Shown here piece by piece: positions 51,391 to 64,000 of a DNA stretch of 64,000 nt (positions are counted from its first letter, which is position 1; each line of letters begins with the position of its first letter). The DNA is from Mobula hypostoma (taxonomy: Eukaryota), in NCBI RefSeq assembly GCF_963921235.1, contig NC_086097.1, positions 40,426,001-40,490,000 of the forward strand, in the 5' to 3' direction. The notes beneath the pieces are model-generated. The model worked only from the letters and a program-made list of their open reading frames with translations, searched no databases and was not told the origin of the DNA. The position numbers were made by a program, and so were the translations under genes.

Positions 51391-52312
51391 GAGGAGTTGA
51401 ACTGTGTACAGACCATGCTGCTGCCTGCTACTCATCAGACATCAGAGTTGGTGCATGAAAGCACTGTGCAATGTAACCATGAATGATTGTCTTAGACATT
51501 TCTTTTGTGTTTGCAAGACCCTGTTGGACATTGGTAATGTGCGATGCTGCAGGCCTGTTTCCCTTCTTTGGCAGTGAGACAGGCGACGAGGCAGCAGTGT
51601 CATCTCGGGTGTGGTGAGGATGAGGCCTCAAGCAGGCTCGCCTGCTGCTGCAGTCCAGCTGAGACAACACTGGGGATGGCGTAGCGTGGAGCCTGGCACT
51701 CCCATCAGCACTGCCCTCCAGTGTTCAACCGGCAGAAGGACAGCCTGGATTGCCGGGAGCTGTACCATCAATTTGCATGTCCCTCAGGGACTTGGACTAT
51801 ACATGTGTTTTCTGGTGTAATGATGTGTGTGTGTTTTATTTCCTCTCTCACTATCTTGAATGTATTTTATACACCTGTGCCCAAGAGGAATACTGTCTCG
51901 TTCGACTGTATCCATGTATGGTCTGAATGATAATTAAACTTTATTTGATTTGATTTCATCAACAAAGCTTTGATCACTGTCTTTAACTTCTGTCTGCCAG
52001 GTAATATACTCCTATGACAGAGCTCGGAAAAGACTGGTTGTTGTGATAATATTCTTAACAAAATCAGAAAACAGTAGAAATACATAGCAGGCTTAACAGC
52101 ATCAGGAAGATCAGTCACCGATCTAGGGCAAGAGCCATTCATCGGAACTGGTAAAGTGAGAAAATGTGTGCTTTTAGATGCAGTAAGGAGAAGGTGTGGA
52201 TTATAGGGTGGGTTCTAGGATGGAAACCAAAGTCATTTCATTAAAACAAATAGAAGAAAAAAGAAACACATGAAATGGCATATTTGTGGCAAGAGCAGAG
52301 AAATGGGATGTA

Positions 52313-55029
52313 CCGTAAATTCCGGTGTATAAGTCAACCTGGAGTATAAGCCGACCCCCCATTTCCAAGGTTAAAAAAGTGACTTTTTCATATTACCTTT
52401 GTATAAGCCGAGCCATTTTGTAGAGGTTTTTGATTTATCCAGAAAAGATCACAAGATCTCACATGCCAGTACTTAGCTTTGCCGGATCCGGAACCTGAAA
52501 ATTTTGTGAACCAGTATCTGCTAAGAAAATAGGCCTACACATTGTAGAGCGTTATAAGCAAATTCTTAATAAATAAATCAGGGAGGGAAGTTTTGGATTA
52601 GGTTCCCAATGGTAAAGAATCCTCTGAAATGTAACCCCCTGTGAAACCATTTAGCGCCCATCGTAATCTCGTTAAAACAAAACACTGGGTGGCGGGATCA
52701 GTACGTGTACTCAGTATTGAGTTTGCGACCACCATGTACAAAAGATTAAAATGAATGCGATATGATGCTGGCTTCAAGCTGAAGGTCGTTGATTTTGCTA
52801 AAGGAACGAATAATTCTGCAGCTGCTAAGAAGTTTACTGTAAACGAGAAACAAGTGAGAGAGTGGAGAAAGGCAGAGGACATGCTGAGGGAAAATGCCAA
52901 AGATGAAATGTGCAAACCGCGGGAAAACATGCCAGTGGCCAGAACTGGAAAAAGAAGTTTTAGAGTGGGTGAATTACCAGCGATCGCCTGGATACATTGT
53001 TACCAGAGAAATGATTTGGGTTCAAGCTTTGAAATGGGCCAAAAAACTCCGTGAGGTCAGCGAAAATTTCAAAGCTACGCGAAGTTGATGCACCCGATTT
53101 ACGAATAGATGTGATCTTGTGTTGAGACAAAAAACAAAGATTGCTCAGAAGTTGCCAAGCGACCTTGAGAATAAGATTACGGCCTTCCAATCGTTTGTAC
53201 TCAAGCATTGAAAGGCACATTCTTACCCGCTCTCACTGATTGGTAACGTGGACGAGACACCAATGTTCTTTGACTTTGCTGGCAACCGCACTGTCAATCA
53301 GAAGGGGGAGAAAACAGTCCTTGTCAAAACAACTGGACACCAGAAGCAACACTTTACTGTCGTGTTAACGTGTATGGCTGTTGGGACCAAACTACCACCG
53401 ATTGTGATTTTTAAGAGGAAAACATTCCCAAAGAAAGAAAAATCCCGCAGGGTGTTGTTGTTTATGTAGCCTCCCTGGCAAGCCTCAGGGTCGCTCAGCT
53501 CGCTGTTGTCTAGGGAAACAGCCCCCAGCCCCGCCAAACTTGCTAATAAAGTTTGTGTGGATGCTGTGTGATGTACCCCACCCCACCAAACAACAGACAA
53601 TACACCAGATACGGTTAAATGAATTACAGTTTATAGATATTACTGGAACTATATAATTAATAGAGATAAAATATAAAAGGAAGACAAAAGGCACCACACT
53701 TATCAAAGTTCAATCTCTTCGTGCACAAACAGTTGGATCTTGGGACCTTCCTTCTTCACCCTGCGATCGCCTCGGACCACCTCGACCTGCCGCCTGGGAC
53801 CAACAACTGTGGTCAACCAGACGCTCCACACAAGTCTGTCTCCGTCTCCTCTCCTCGCCGAACACCCTGGACCTTGGACTCCTGCTCAGGGTCTGACCCC
53901 GTTAGCCAACTCACAGCACCTTGTCCATCCTCTCTCTCTCTCTCTCTCTCTCTCGTGCCTTCTGCCACAAAACCCGTGCATCACAATAACTTACAAATGC
54001 ACTAGAAAGAATAACATCTACCCCAATTAATTTGTTTTTCCTCTTATCAATAACATAATCCAAACAAGCTACTAGTGGGAGGACTTTCTCAGCAGTTAAT
54101 GTAGTAAAGAAGCCATTTTAATTATAACATAACAAAGAAGCCATTAGCCTACGTAGTAACATAAAAGAAGAAACCCCTTACATTTACGTTCAAGAATGCG
54201 GCTGGATGGACGAAGCGGGTTAAAGAGGTGTGGCATCGACGTCCCGAAGGTTTCAGGAAGGAAAAGTCGCTACTTGTCTGGGACGTATTCAAAGCGCACT
54301 CGTCAGGTGAGACAAAAGCAGCATTGAAAGCTGAAAATACGGACATTGCAGTCATCCCTGGTGGTTTGACATCCATGTTCCAGCCACTAGATGAGAGTTT
54401 AAACAAACCATTCAGAGAATTCATGCATCGACAGTGGGATGAATAGATGATGTCTAGTAATCAGTCATTCACTCCAGTGGGAAACATGAGGGCCACAACT
54501 CTAGCTATAGTTTGCGAGCGGGTAGTGCAATCGTGGGAGGAAGTGAAGGCCGCGTGCATTGTGAAGGCTTTCAAGAAGTGCAGCATCACCAATGCTTTGA
54601 ATGGCACTGAAGATCATTTGCTTTGGGAAGAAGACCATGGCTATTTGGCAGCCAGTAGAGCTACAAATGACAATGTCGAAGCAGAAGTTGACAACCTTAC
54701 GACGATATGGTGATTGCCGAAGAATGGGACGTGATTTTCGGAGAGTCTGATAATGAAGAGTGTGAGAGTTTCAAGCTCTGCAGTTTTGACAACAACAGTG
54801 TGTACAAATAAATTGAGAAACAGAAAGTGTTTTGTAGATTTTTTCTTCTGTGTAGATTTCATAAGTGTTTGTACTTTCTTTTGTATTTGACTTAAAAACA
54901 GCCAATAAATACAACCTGTCTTCCATGTATTCGTTTTTCCAAAGTTTCCACCCTCTGTATAAGCCGGTCCCCTAATTTTAGGACCAAAATTTACAGCCAA
55001 ATTCTCGGCTTATACACCAGAATTTACGG
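52313..55029 (+). mobile_element. pogo-superfamily DNA transposon (DD35D, Passer/POGK-like), both ends present, transposase decayed
   Basis: TA TSD (52311-52312, 55030-55031); 23-bp TIR ccgtaaatt(c/t).ggtgtataag-type with 2 mismatches; Brinker-like YDAGFKLKVV..QVREWRK, CENP-B-like WPELEKEV, DETP, and LLVWD..35 aa..QPLD. Confidence 0.93.
53465..54182. mobile_element. Solo LTR (718 bp) inside the pogo transposase
   Basis: TGTA...TACA termini; perfect 4-bp TSD ttta (53461-53464, 54183-54186); transposase resumes YVQECGWMDE. Confidence 0.85.
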
Positions 55030-56691
55030 TAGCTTGAAATCATTAACATCACTATAAATCCCAAAAGTTTGTAACACACCCAGATGGAAGATGAAGTGCT
55101 GATTCTTGAGCTTACATTGGCCATAACTGGAGCAATGTGAGGTGCTGAAGATAGATAGGTGAGTGTGGGAGTGAGAATTGAAGGGAATCCTGCTGATAAA
55201 TGGATCAACCAGCATCTTTCCAATTACTTGCTGTATACACACATTAAGCTTTTGTGATCTGGTGGTGCTGAGCAGTGTTCTCCATCAAGGTCATGGCTCT
55301 GACTTAGTTGTTTTTTGAAGTTTGTAGGTATGGTTTTGGGGGATAGAGATAGAGTTAAGGATCAGGTTAGCATTTGGGGACAGAGATGTGGAGGAGTTAG
55401 AGGTCAGGCTGAGGACTAGGCCTTCAATCCACGCTTCGTGTTTGAAGTACAGTGACATGACCGTTTGACAAAGGACATCCTGAGTTTAGACCTCTGCTCT
55501 GTGCTCAAAAGTTTGCAACATGGTCATGTGCTGATGAACACCCGTGGATGCTGGGCTAGCAGGTGCTGTGGACAAGGACCAGCAAGGACAAAGGCTAGTG
55601 GTCCACTGGGTCAGTGAGTCCACCTAGGTCAGTGTGTCCCAGAATTGGAAGTCCGTGCAAACAAGAAGCACGAGGGCTGGTGATCCCCCACCCCAAGTAA
55701 GTGAGTTAGTGAATTCAAAGTTCGAGGCCTGAAGTTTGGATCTCATCTTCAGCTAGCCTGGAGTTTGAGGCCTGGAGCTTTGGATCCCATTAGTGTCTAG
55801 TCCTGGGGTTGATACTGAAAATTGAAACCCAAAGATCGATCGGAAGTCCAGAAGTTGAAGCCAGCTGGCTGAAGGCCTGGGTCAATGAGTGTGAAGGCCA
55901 CTTGTGGGGTTGGAGGCCTGTTATTTGGAAGTCTACAAGTCCACTGGAAGCTGAAGGCCTGGAGGCCTGGAAGCCTGACCTGGGCTTAGAGGACTCCCTG
56001 TGTGTGGGTGGGTGCTAGAGAGGAACGGAGATTGCTTTACTCCTGCTGTTTTCTTGCTTGTTGTGTTCTTTGTTGTTCTGCTGAGCATAGTGGATGTGCT
56101 GTGTTGGTGTGAGGGTGTATGACAACACTTGCAGGCTGGTCCCATTTCGTGTTTAGGTAGTGTGGTTGCTAATGCAAACAACACACTTCACCATTTGTTT
56201 CAATCCGTATGTGTAAATACGAGATTCTAAATCTGAATTATGCAAACACGTGCCCCCTCTCAACATCTCAGAGCTCTGTATTCTCCTGTCATTCTCTTTA
56301 TTTTCTTCCTGTCAAAATGGATTTTTTCATTTTCTTACATTATACTCTATTTAGTAAATATTTGTCCACTCACTTAGCTTACCTATATTAATTTTAGCTC
56401 CCTTATGTTCTCTTCACAATTTACTTTCCAAACCTTCTTTGCTTCTTCAGCACACTGAGCAACTATTCCTTTGGTGCTTTCATTCAAGTCATGCATATAA
56501 ATTGTAAAATATTAGCTCCTGGCCCCAATCTGTGTGATACACCATTTCTCTACCTTGTTTGCAACTTAAGAATATCAACTTTCCAGTTCCGAGAAAGAGT
56601 CTTCAGCCTGCAGTGTTAACTCTGTTTCCCTGCCTGCATACAGTATTTAGAGTGTTATCATCATGTTCAGCTACATTAAGTAGGATGGCAT

Positions 56692-56927
56692 TGTGGTAAA
56701 CCACATATAGATGTTGTAACTGAGTTACCTGTCTGGACACACCTGTCTGCTGACTGTTCTTGTGGCTCCTCCCACAGACCCCTGAATAAAGGCGATTGCG
56801 CCATTGCTCCCCCTCCTCAGTCCAGGGGCAGACACTCAGCAGGATGGAGGTCACATTTTACTGCTAATAAAAGCCTTTCAGTATTTACTCTACTTCCAGT
56901 CTTTTGATGGTTATTGATGGTGCATCA
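56692..56927 (+). mobile_element. Solo LTR (236 bp)
   Basis: TG...CA ends, internal AATAAA, perfect 5-bp TSD ggcat (56687-56691, 56928-56932). Confidence 0.82.
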
Positions 56928-59229
56928 GGCATGTACTACAGATTCGATTCTGATTCACTCCTACCTACTCCGCTCCATTACTGTGACAGGCTGGATATAA
57001 AAATTACGTGCCAGTCTGTGGTGGGGGCATACTGGTTGTAGTACCTTTTAGTCCATTAATACCCAGCCCCTGTAAATGCAGCAAAGGGAATAAGCCCATT
57101 AATTCTAATCGTTCTTGTGCTGTATGAAAATCTTGCTATATTTCCAAGTATGATTTAATTAAAAATAAGTATGAGCATTCACTAAACCACTACTCATTAT
57201 GAGTGCCTTATGAAAGCTCTTTTACATTCTTGCACTCCAACTGAATCAGCGGAGTTTTGCTTTTAACAGAACTCTTTTACACTGGTATCCTAAGACCTGT
57301 ATACTTGTTAAATTTTAAAACCAAAATTATTCTTAATTTCCAAGTTATTTTACACTTCAGCGAGAGGGTTTGCCAGAAGGATGTGTTCGGTAACAAATCT
57401 TTATAGACTTCAGTAAATAAAAAGGTATAATTGTAATACCTTGATGTACATGGCTGGCAGGGCACAGTGGGAAGCAAATTGGATTACTTTGAATTAAATT
57501 CAACCTAGTTTATATTTTAGTCATATATTAAAGTAATATCAAATCAAATCATGATTTAACTGTAGTTACACATTTATCCAAAATGATACAATGTCAACCA
57601 AAAAAATTTTATCTCCGAACCTGAAATAATCCTTGATATGAAAGATTCATAAATTGATACCTGGGCTTTGCAATGACTTTACTTGCAAAATCTGTCAAAA
57701 ATTGTATTAAAGTAGGAAGCTTAGCAAATCCAATCACAAACTCATTCACAAGGTTTGCTAACTTTTAGAGGGGAAAAAAATATTTCTAAAGCACACTATA
57801 GGCTGTAAGAAGCCAGGGAAAATGGTCATTCTTGATTTTAAATGCATTTTTAACAGCTGAAAATGTAATAGTTCCTAGTAGTCATTATATGGTGGGGCAG
57901 GCTGGAAGATCAAAGTGACTTACTCCTGCTCCTATTCTATTGTGTTCAGAAAAAGTGTCCAAGTGTTGAATTAGTAAGAAAAAGTAAACGGTATGGGCTG
58001 ATATGGCGTGATAGTAAAAACATGGCCCGTGCTAGGTCTGCAATGCCACTGTAAGTGTTACTGTCCATAAAATCTACTGAAAGAATTCATTGGGTTGAGC
58101 AGCATCTGTGGGTGAAAAGGAATCTCTGATGTTTCAGGTTGAAACTCTGCATCAGGGCAGTGCATGAATCTTGTTGCAGGATTTTGACTGAAATATTGAC
58201 AATTCTTCCTCTTCCTCCCCCCCCCCCCCACACACACACACACAATGCTACTTGGCCCACTGAGATCCTGCAGCATGTTGCTTGTTGCTTCAGATTCCAG
58301 CTTCTGCAGTCTCTTGTATCCAGTAAGTTATTTTCAATCAACAGAAAAATATCTGTGGGAAAGTCCCTGCAGCATACTTGCTTTTGATACTTCCAAATCA
58401 ACCATTCCAATACTTGATCTGCCAATTTCTCAACTTCCAACCTCCATGAAGTTTGGTTTACCTACACTATTGTGCTCAAAGCCCTTACAACCACATTCAG
58501 TTTACTCATTCCCCTCATCCACATTTGCTCCAAATTCTCTTTCAATTAACAGCAGTTTACGATAATGATTCTCATCTTTATACATGAATTTATCCTTGGT
58601 CTCATCCCTTCCACTATTTGGAGCTTCCTGCAGCCCTGTAAGCGCTTCTCTTCACATGGGTATGTTTATTCCTCTTCTGCACTAGAATTGATGACTAGGA
58701 TCTTCGCAAGTGATGCATTCTTCAAGTTTTCTCCTGAAGTGCCTCCACGCTGCTGCCCTCTTTTAAGGTTCTCGTCAAAGGCTAGTAAGTGAGAGTTCAA
58801 TTAGATAGTGGAGGGAGGGTAGGAACAATGTGCCAATCAAGCTTAGTGAGACAACGGGTAAGGGGGAGTGTTGAGACTGGGAGAATTATAGTTGAATCAG
58901 ATAAGTGGTGGAAGGGAGGATGGGAAAGAACGATAGACGAATGAAACTTGGTGAGACATCAGGAAAGGGAGAGGGTGTAGATAGAGGCTGGTAAGCGATG
59001 GGTGAAATATATGAAAAATTAGGCATCAGAGCTGAGCGGGAAGGAGAGGAGAAGAGGAAGGAACCATGTGAGGTAGAGTGAGGAATCTTGTTAAAGACAA
59101 GGATGGGGGGGAGGAATGGAAAAGTGAGAGAGACCCTGAGATGATTAGTGGGAATGGGAAAGGAATAGCAAGCTTCCTGAACTTGTCTTTGGCACGTTTT
59201 ATTTGTACATTTATGTTTAGAATAAATAG

Positions 59230-59895
59230 GAAAAGTCTACAAAGTGTAGTGGATCAACTCAGTCCATCATATGTAAAGCCCATGCCATCATTGAGCACAG
59301 CTACAGGAGAGCGGCCACAAGAAAGCAGCATCCATCATCAAGGTCCCCCACCATCCATGCCATGCTCCCTGCTCACTGCTGTCATCGGGAAGGATGAACA
59401 GCAGCCTTATGTCCCATACCACCAGGTTCAGGAGCAGTTATTACCCTACATCCATCAGACTCCTGAACCAGTGTGGATAACTTCGCTCATCTGAACTCCA
59501 AACTGATTCCACAAACAATGTCCTGACGAAGGGTCTCGGCCTGAAGTGTCGACTGTACCTCTTCCTAGAGATGCTGCCTGGCCTGCTGCGTTCACCAGCA
59601 ACGTTGATGTGTGTTGCTTGAATTTCCAGCATCTGCAGAATTCCTGTTGTTTGCGTCCACAAACAATGGATTCACTTTCAAGGATTCTACATCTCATGGT
59701 TTTTAAATTAAATGATTCATTTAATTTTGTTTGTATAGTTTGTCTTCTGCACATTTTGTTTGTCAATCTTTGTGTGTAGTTTTTCATTGATTCCATTGTA
59801 TTTCCCTGTTTTCCTGTGAATGTCTGCAAGAAAATGAATCTCACGGTAGTATATGTACATACTTTGATAATAAACTTACTTTGAAGTTTGAACTC
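59230..59895 (+). mobile_element. Rex1/Babar-like 3' fragment
   Basis: KAASIIK.PHHP and TRFRSSY motifs; AATAAA followed by a (TTTGAA)n tail. Confidence 0.7.
59521..59655 (+). mobile_element. 135-bp Penelope-terminus insertion
   Basis: 13-bp TSD tccacaaacaatg (59508-59520, 59656-59668); reverse complement of the 27616/43366 ends. Confidence 0.88.
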
Positions 59896-60558
59896 TTTTG
59901 AGAACATTCAATAAGTTTGTGCGTCAGAAATTAACATTTCAGTCTTATGAGGACTTCACTTGCAAAATCTGTCAAAAAGCAGAGATCAGCAGAACAATGA
60001 TATACCTCACTATTGTACTTCAATATTTGTGATCTTTCTAAGTTCTCCTACTTTGAGATCACCATTTATTTTATAAAATGCCATTTAATCCTTCAGAATT
60101 CTTTCCACATTAATGCTATTACACAGATGATAATTATTGTTGTTAATCTGAATGAGTTAACTAGGCATTTAGGTAAAATTCTAAAGTAAATCTGAAACCT
60201 CCAGTTAAAATGTGCATGTGCTGTAATTATATTCATGCAGTGATTAGCAATTATATAACCAGTAACCTTTTCAATATCCATATCTTCGCATATTAGAACA
60301 TTTGCCAATCAAAAGTGGCAAGGATTGCTTGCAGTGTGTTCTGTATCTCAGGTGTGTGAGGAATTTAACTGTGTATACAAGGCCAAACAATAGGAGGCAC
60401 TGTGATGCAGCTAGTGGAAATGCTCTCTCACAGCTCTAGGACCCACATTCAATCCTGCCTTCCTGTGCTGTTTGTGTGCAATTTGTATATTCTGCCTACG
60501 ACTGTATGGGTTTCCTTCCGTTTCCTCTCACACTCCAAAATGTGCAGGTTGGTAGGTT

Positions 60559-62452
60559 GTTAGGGCTTGAACGCTCATACCTCTTACAAAGTGAAATCAA
60601 AGGACATAGATGACAAAAGGGCTATACTTCCAGATGAGCTCAATGCCTTCTTTGCTCACTTTGACCATCAAAGCATGGAGGAAGCATCACAAACTCCCAC
60701 AGGCCCTGATAATCCTGTGATTTCAGTCTCTGAGGCCAAATTGAGAGCATCCTTCAGGAGAGTGAACACACAGAAAGCCCAGATGGGGTACCTGGCTGGG
60801 TACTAAAGACCTGTGCTGATTAACTAGCTGGAATGTTCACTGAGATCAATAACCTCTCGCTTCGGCAGTCTGAGGTAGCCACCTGCTTCCAGCAGGCTTC
60901 AGTGATACCTGTGCCTAAGAAGAACGTGGTAAACTGCCTCAACGATTGTCATCCAGTAGCACTTACGTCCACAGTGATGAAGTGTTTTGAGAGGTTGGTG
61001 ATGAAACATATCAACTCCTGCCTGAGAAGCAGCTTGGATCCGCTCCAATTTGCCTACCGGCACAACAGGCCTGTAGCAGATGCCATTTCGTTAGCTCTTC
61101 ACTCAACCCAGGAACATCTGAACAGCAAAAATGCATACATCACAATGCTCTTTATCGACTACAGCTCAAGGTTCAACACTATCATCCCCGAATCAATAAG
61201 CCTCACTACCTTCTTGTGCAATTGGATCCTCAATTTCCTCACTTGCAGACCCCAGTCAGTTCGAATCAACATATAGGAGGGAGATTGAAAATCTGGCTGA
61301 GTGGTGCTACAACAAGAACCTCTTACTCAATTTCAGCATGGCCAAAGAGCAGATTATCGACCTCAGGAGGAGGAAACTGGAGGCACATGAGCCAGTCCTC
61401 ATCAGGGGATCAGAGGTGGAAAGGGTCAGCAACTTTAAATTCCTCAAAGTTATCATTTTGGAAGTCCTGTTCCGAGCCCAACACACACAGTAAGTGCAAT
61501 AATGAAGAAAGCACATCAGTGCTTCTACTTCCTAAAGAGTTTACAAAGATTTGGCATGACGTCTAAAACTTTGACAAATGTCTCTAGACGTGTAATGGAG
61601 AGTATATTGACTGGCTATAACACAAACTTTGATGGAAACATTAGTGCTCTTGAATGGCCCCGTTCATCATGGGTAAAGCCCTCACCATTACTGAGCACAT
61701 CTACATGGAACATTGTCTCAAGAAAGCAGAATCCCCCATCAGGAGTCTCATCACCCAGATCATGCTCTCTTCCTGCTGTTGCAAGAAGAATGTAGAGGAC
61801 CCTCAGGACATGAGTTGAGAGTTAGAGGGCAAATGTTTAGCGGTAACACGAGGGGGAACTTCTTTACTCAGAGTGGTAGCTGTGTGGAACGAGTTTCCAG
61901 TAGAAGTGGTAGAGGCAAGCTCGATATTGTCACTTAAAGTAAAATTGGATAGCTATATGGACAGGAAAGGAATGGAGGGTTATGGGCTGAGTGCAGATCG
62001 GTGGGACTAGGTGCGAGTAAGCATTCAGCACAGACTAGTAGGGCCGAGATGGCCTGTTTCTGTGCTGTAATTGTTTTATGGTTATATGAAATCATACCTC
62101 CAAGTTCAAGAACAGTTATTAGAACCAGAGGAAATAACTTCACTCAACTTCACTTGTCCCATCACTGAACTGTTCCCAAAACCTATGGACGGAAGGACTC
62201 CTCATCTCATGTTCTTGATATTTATTGCTTATTAATTTATTTATTACTATTATTATTTTTCTCTTTATTTTTAAACTGGCACAGTTTGGTGTCTTTTGCA
62301 CACTGGTTGTTGGCCTTGTTGTTGCAGTCTTTCATTGATTCTATTATGGTTATTGGATTTATTGTGTATGCTTGCAAGAAAATGAACCTCTGGGTTGTAT
62401 ATGGTGACATATATGTATTTTGATAATTAATTTACTTTGTACTTTGAACTTT
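60559..62452 (+). mobile_element. Rex1/Babar-like LINE with internal deletions
   Basis: LPDELNAFFAHF, IPVPKK..CLND..VALTS..KCFERLV and [11 protein letters not shown] motifs; (ACTTTG)n tail. Confidence 0.85.
61808..62088 (+). mobile_element. CR1 3' end inserted in Rex1
   Basis: Closely similar to 25820-26098 (GH.LRVRGQ.F.GN..GNFFTQ and 3' UTR). Confidence 0.85.
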
Positions 62453-63489
62453 GGAAACACAAGCGAAGTTGGAATATGGGGCATAAAACAAACAACTGGA
62501 AGAACTCAGCAGGCCAAGCTGCATGCATGTAGTCAAAGGGTTGTGTTTTGACCTTGCATGGAGGGAAGATAGGCTGCATAAAGGTCTTAGAAAGGGGGGA
62601 TGAGACAGAGTCTGGTGGCTAATAGATGGAACCAGCTGAGGGAGGAACAAATGAGAGAATAGAATCAATTGGGAGAGGGGATAGAGAAGGAGAAGCCCAG
62701 GTAGGAGGAGAAACACAGGGTCATGGGTGATGGACAGAAGGAACTAGGTAGGTTTGATAGACTATCCTATCAACCCTATTGTAAATTTCTTCTAATATGC
62801 GTATGAATTGTAAGATTTCGAATATGTTGGGGGAAGGGGCAGCGGTGGGGTAGTTATTGGGGATGTGGGTTGATAAAATAGGTTAGGGAATATCAGTGTA
62901 AAATGTGTGCGTGGTGGTTAGTGTGAACTCAATGGGCTGAAGGGTCTGTTGCTGTGTCATATCAACTCCAATAAAATATTAACAGTAGACCATGCAGCAG
63001 AATCCCACTGTACTTACTGGATAATCAGGAAGAAGTCGTGAAAAGTTCCATTAAAATTCCTCAGTAAAATTATGTTTTATCAATCCCATGCAAAATCTAT
63101 TGGCTTCACTGAAGATCTATCATCGGGCCCCTCCTGTTTGTCATCTCAATGCTGCTCCACACCAATCTCAGTCTTGGATAGAGCACCTTTCCACATAAAT
63201 GCTGATGACACTCAGTTCTGCCTATCACCAACGGTCTTGATGACTTCACTGTCTCTTAAATTGTCAGTCTACCTGTCAACCATCGAATTGTATCAGCAGA
63301 AATTTCCTCTAATGAAACATTGCAGAGGCTGAGGAGATGGTCTATTATCAACCCCATAATTTAGCCACTGATTCCAACTCTAATGTTGTTTCTAAAAGCC
63401 CCATAAACATTGTAATCTTCACTTGTAAAGTTCCTAGAATAGCACTGTTGGCTTTCCGATATAATGCTGCCTCTTTCGTCAATGTCATT

Positions 63490-63665
63490 ACAGTATCTGG
63501 CTCAACTACTCTCTCTGCTGGCTGGTAGACCACAATCTTCATGAAGAAACTGCCCCTTAGGTCCCTTTTAATTCTCTCCCCTCTCACCCCTTAAACCTTT
63601 GCCCTCTAGTTTTTGGTTCTTTACCTGGAAAAAAGACTGTGTGTTCATCCTATCTATAATTCTTG
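63490..63665 (-). mobile_element. Old CR1 3' fragment
   Basis: RGERIKRDLRGSFF motif. Confidence 0.55.
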
Positions 63666-63824
63666 TACCAAGTAGTAAAGACTTAGTCAACTCAGCTACC
63701 ATCAGTTAGCACCCAGTCTAGCAACAGAACCTCAGTAGATGGCTCCCAAGGGGGCTACTCAACAAAGCACAGCATTTTACCATCTACTTCAAATGTAAGA
63801 GGAACAGGATAGCGCTTCCAGAAA

Positions 63825-64000
63825 ATTAGATTATGAGGACACGCAGTCCCCTTTTATTGTCATTTAGTAATGCATGCACTAAGAAATGATACAATATTCC
63901 TCCGGTGTGACATCACAGAAACACAGGACAGACCAAGACTGAAAAACTGACAAAAACCACATAATTATGACATATAGTTACAACAGTGCAAGCAATACTG
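63825..64000 (-). mobile_element. LINE 3' tail, runs off the window end
   Basis: Short (attag) repeat plus tttattgtcatt, the reverse complement of a LINE polyA-signal tail. Confidence 0.45.

Larger units (their letters stand above)
52060..55230 (-). mobile_element. Old Penelope-like fragment split by the pogo element
   Basis: PFNSHSHTHLSI..CKLKNQHFIFHLGVLQ (GIY-YIG C-terminus, 55024-55242); matching terminal sequence at about 52060-52310. Confidence 0.6.
60395..62968 (+). mobile_element. tRNA-derived V-SINE (HE1-like) split into about 60395-60558 and 62747-62968
   Basis: tRNA-like head with degenerate A/B boxes, V-domain-like tgggtttcc..tttcctc.cacactccaaa, CR1-like 3' tail; ggtaggtt repeated at both breakpoints. 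Confidence 0.6.

Noticed and set aside
1..64000. Prokaryotic systems (operons, CRISPR, retrons, defence islands)
   Set aside because: No gene-dense organisation or repeat-spacer arrays; all RT-like ORFs belong to vertebrate retrotransposon clades.

Overview
This is eukaryotic (vertebrate) DNA, not prokaryotic: AT-rich, with no operons, rRNA, tRNA or CRISPR, and most of it is decayed, heavily nested transposable elements. The repeat mix (CR1, L1/Tx1, Rex1/Babar, RTE, Penelope-like elements, a V-SINE, Sushi-type and Mag-type Gypsy elements, pogo, hAT and Tc1) points by inference to a cartilaginous fish, probably a ray. Every ORF I can recognise is a transposon remnant, and I could not identify a host protein-coding gene. 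Main observations: (1) Penelope-like ends carry minimal type-I hammerhead ribozyme motifs, two with intact cores; (2) an RTE-type element has a candidate HDV-like ribozyme fold at its 5' end; (3) several 3-4-level nests can be ordered from target-site duplications (TSDs) or host continuity; (4) there is a full-length chromovirus and a complete DD35D pogo element; (5) a 27-bp minisatellite has long open frames on both strands; (6) there is a candidate TATA promoter with a first exon, and some candidate minus-strand exons. Family names come from motif recognition only, with no database search. I see no convincing wholly new biological system; the ribozyme-bearing retroelement ends are the best leads.
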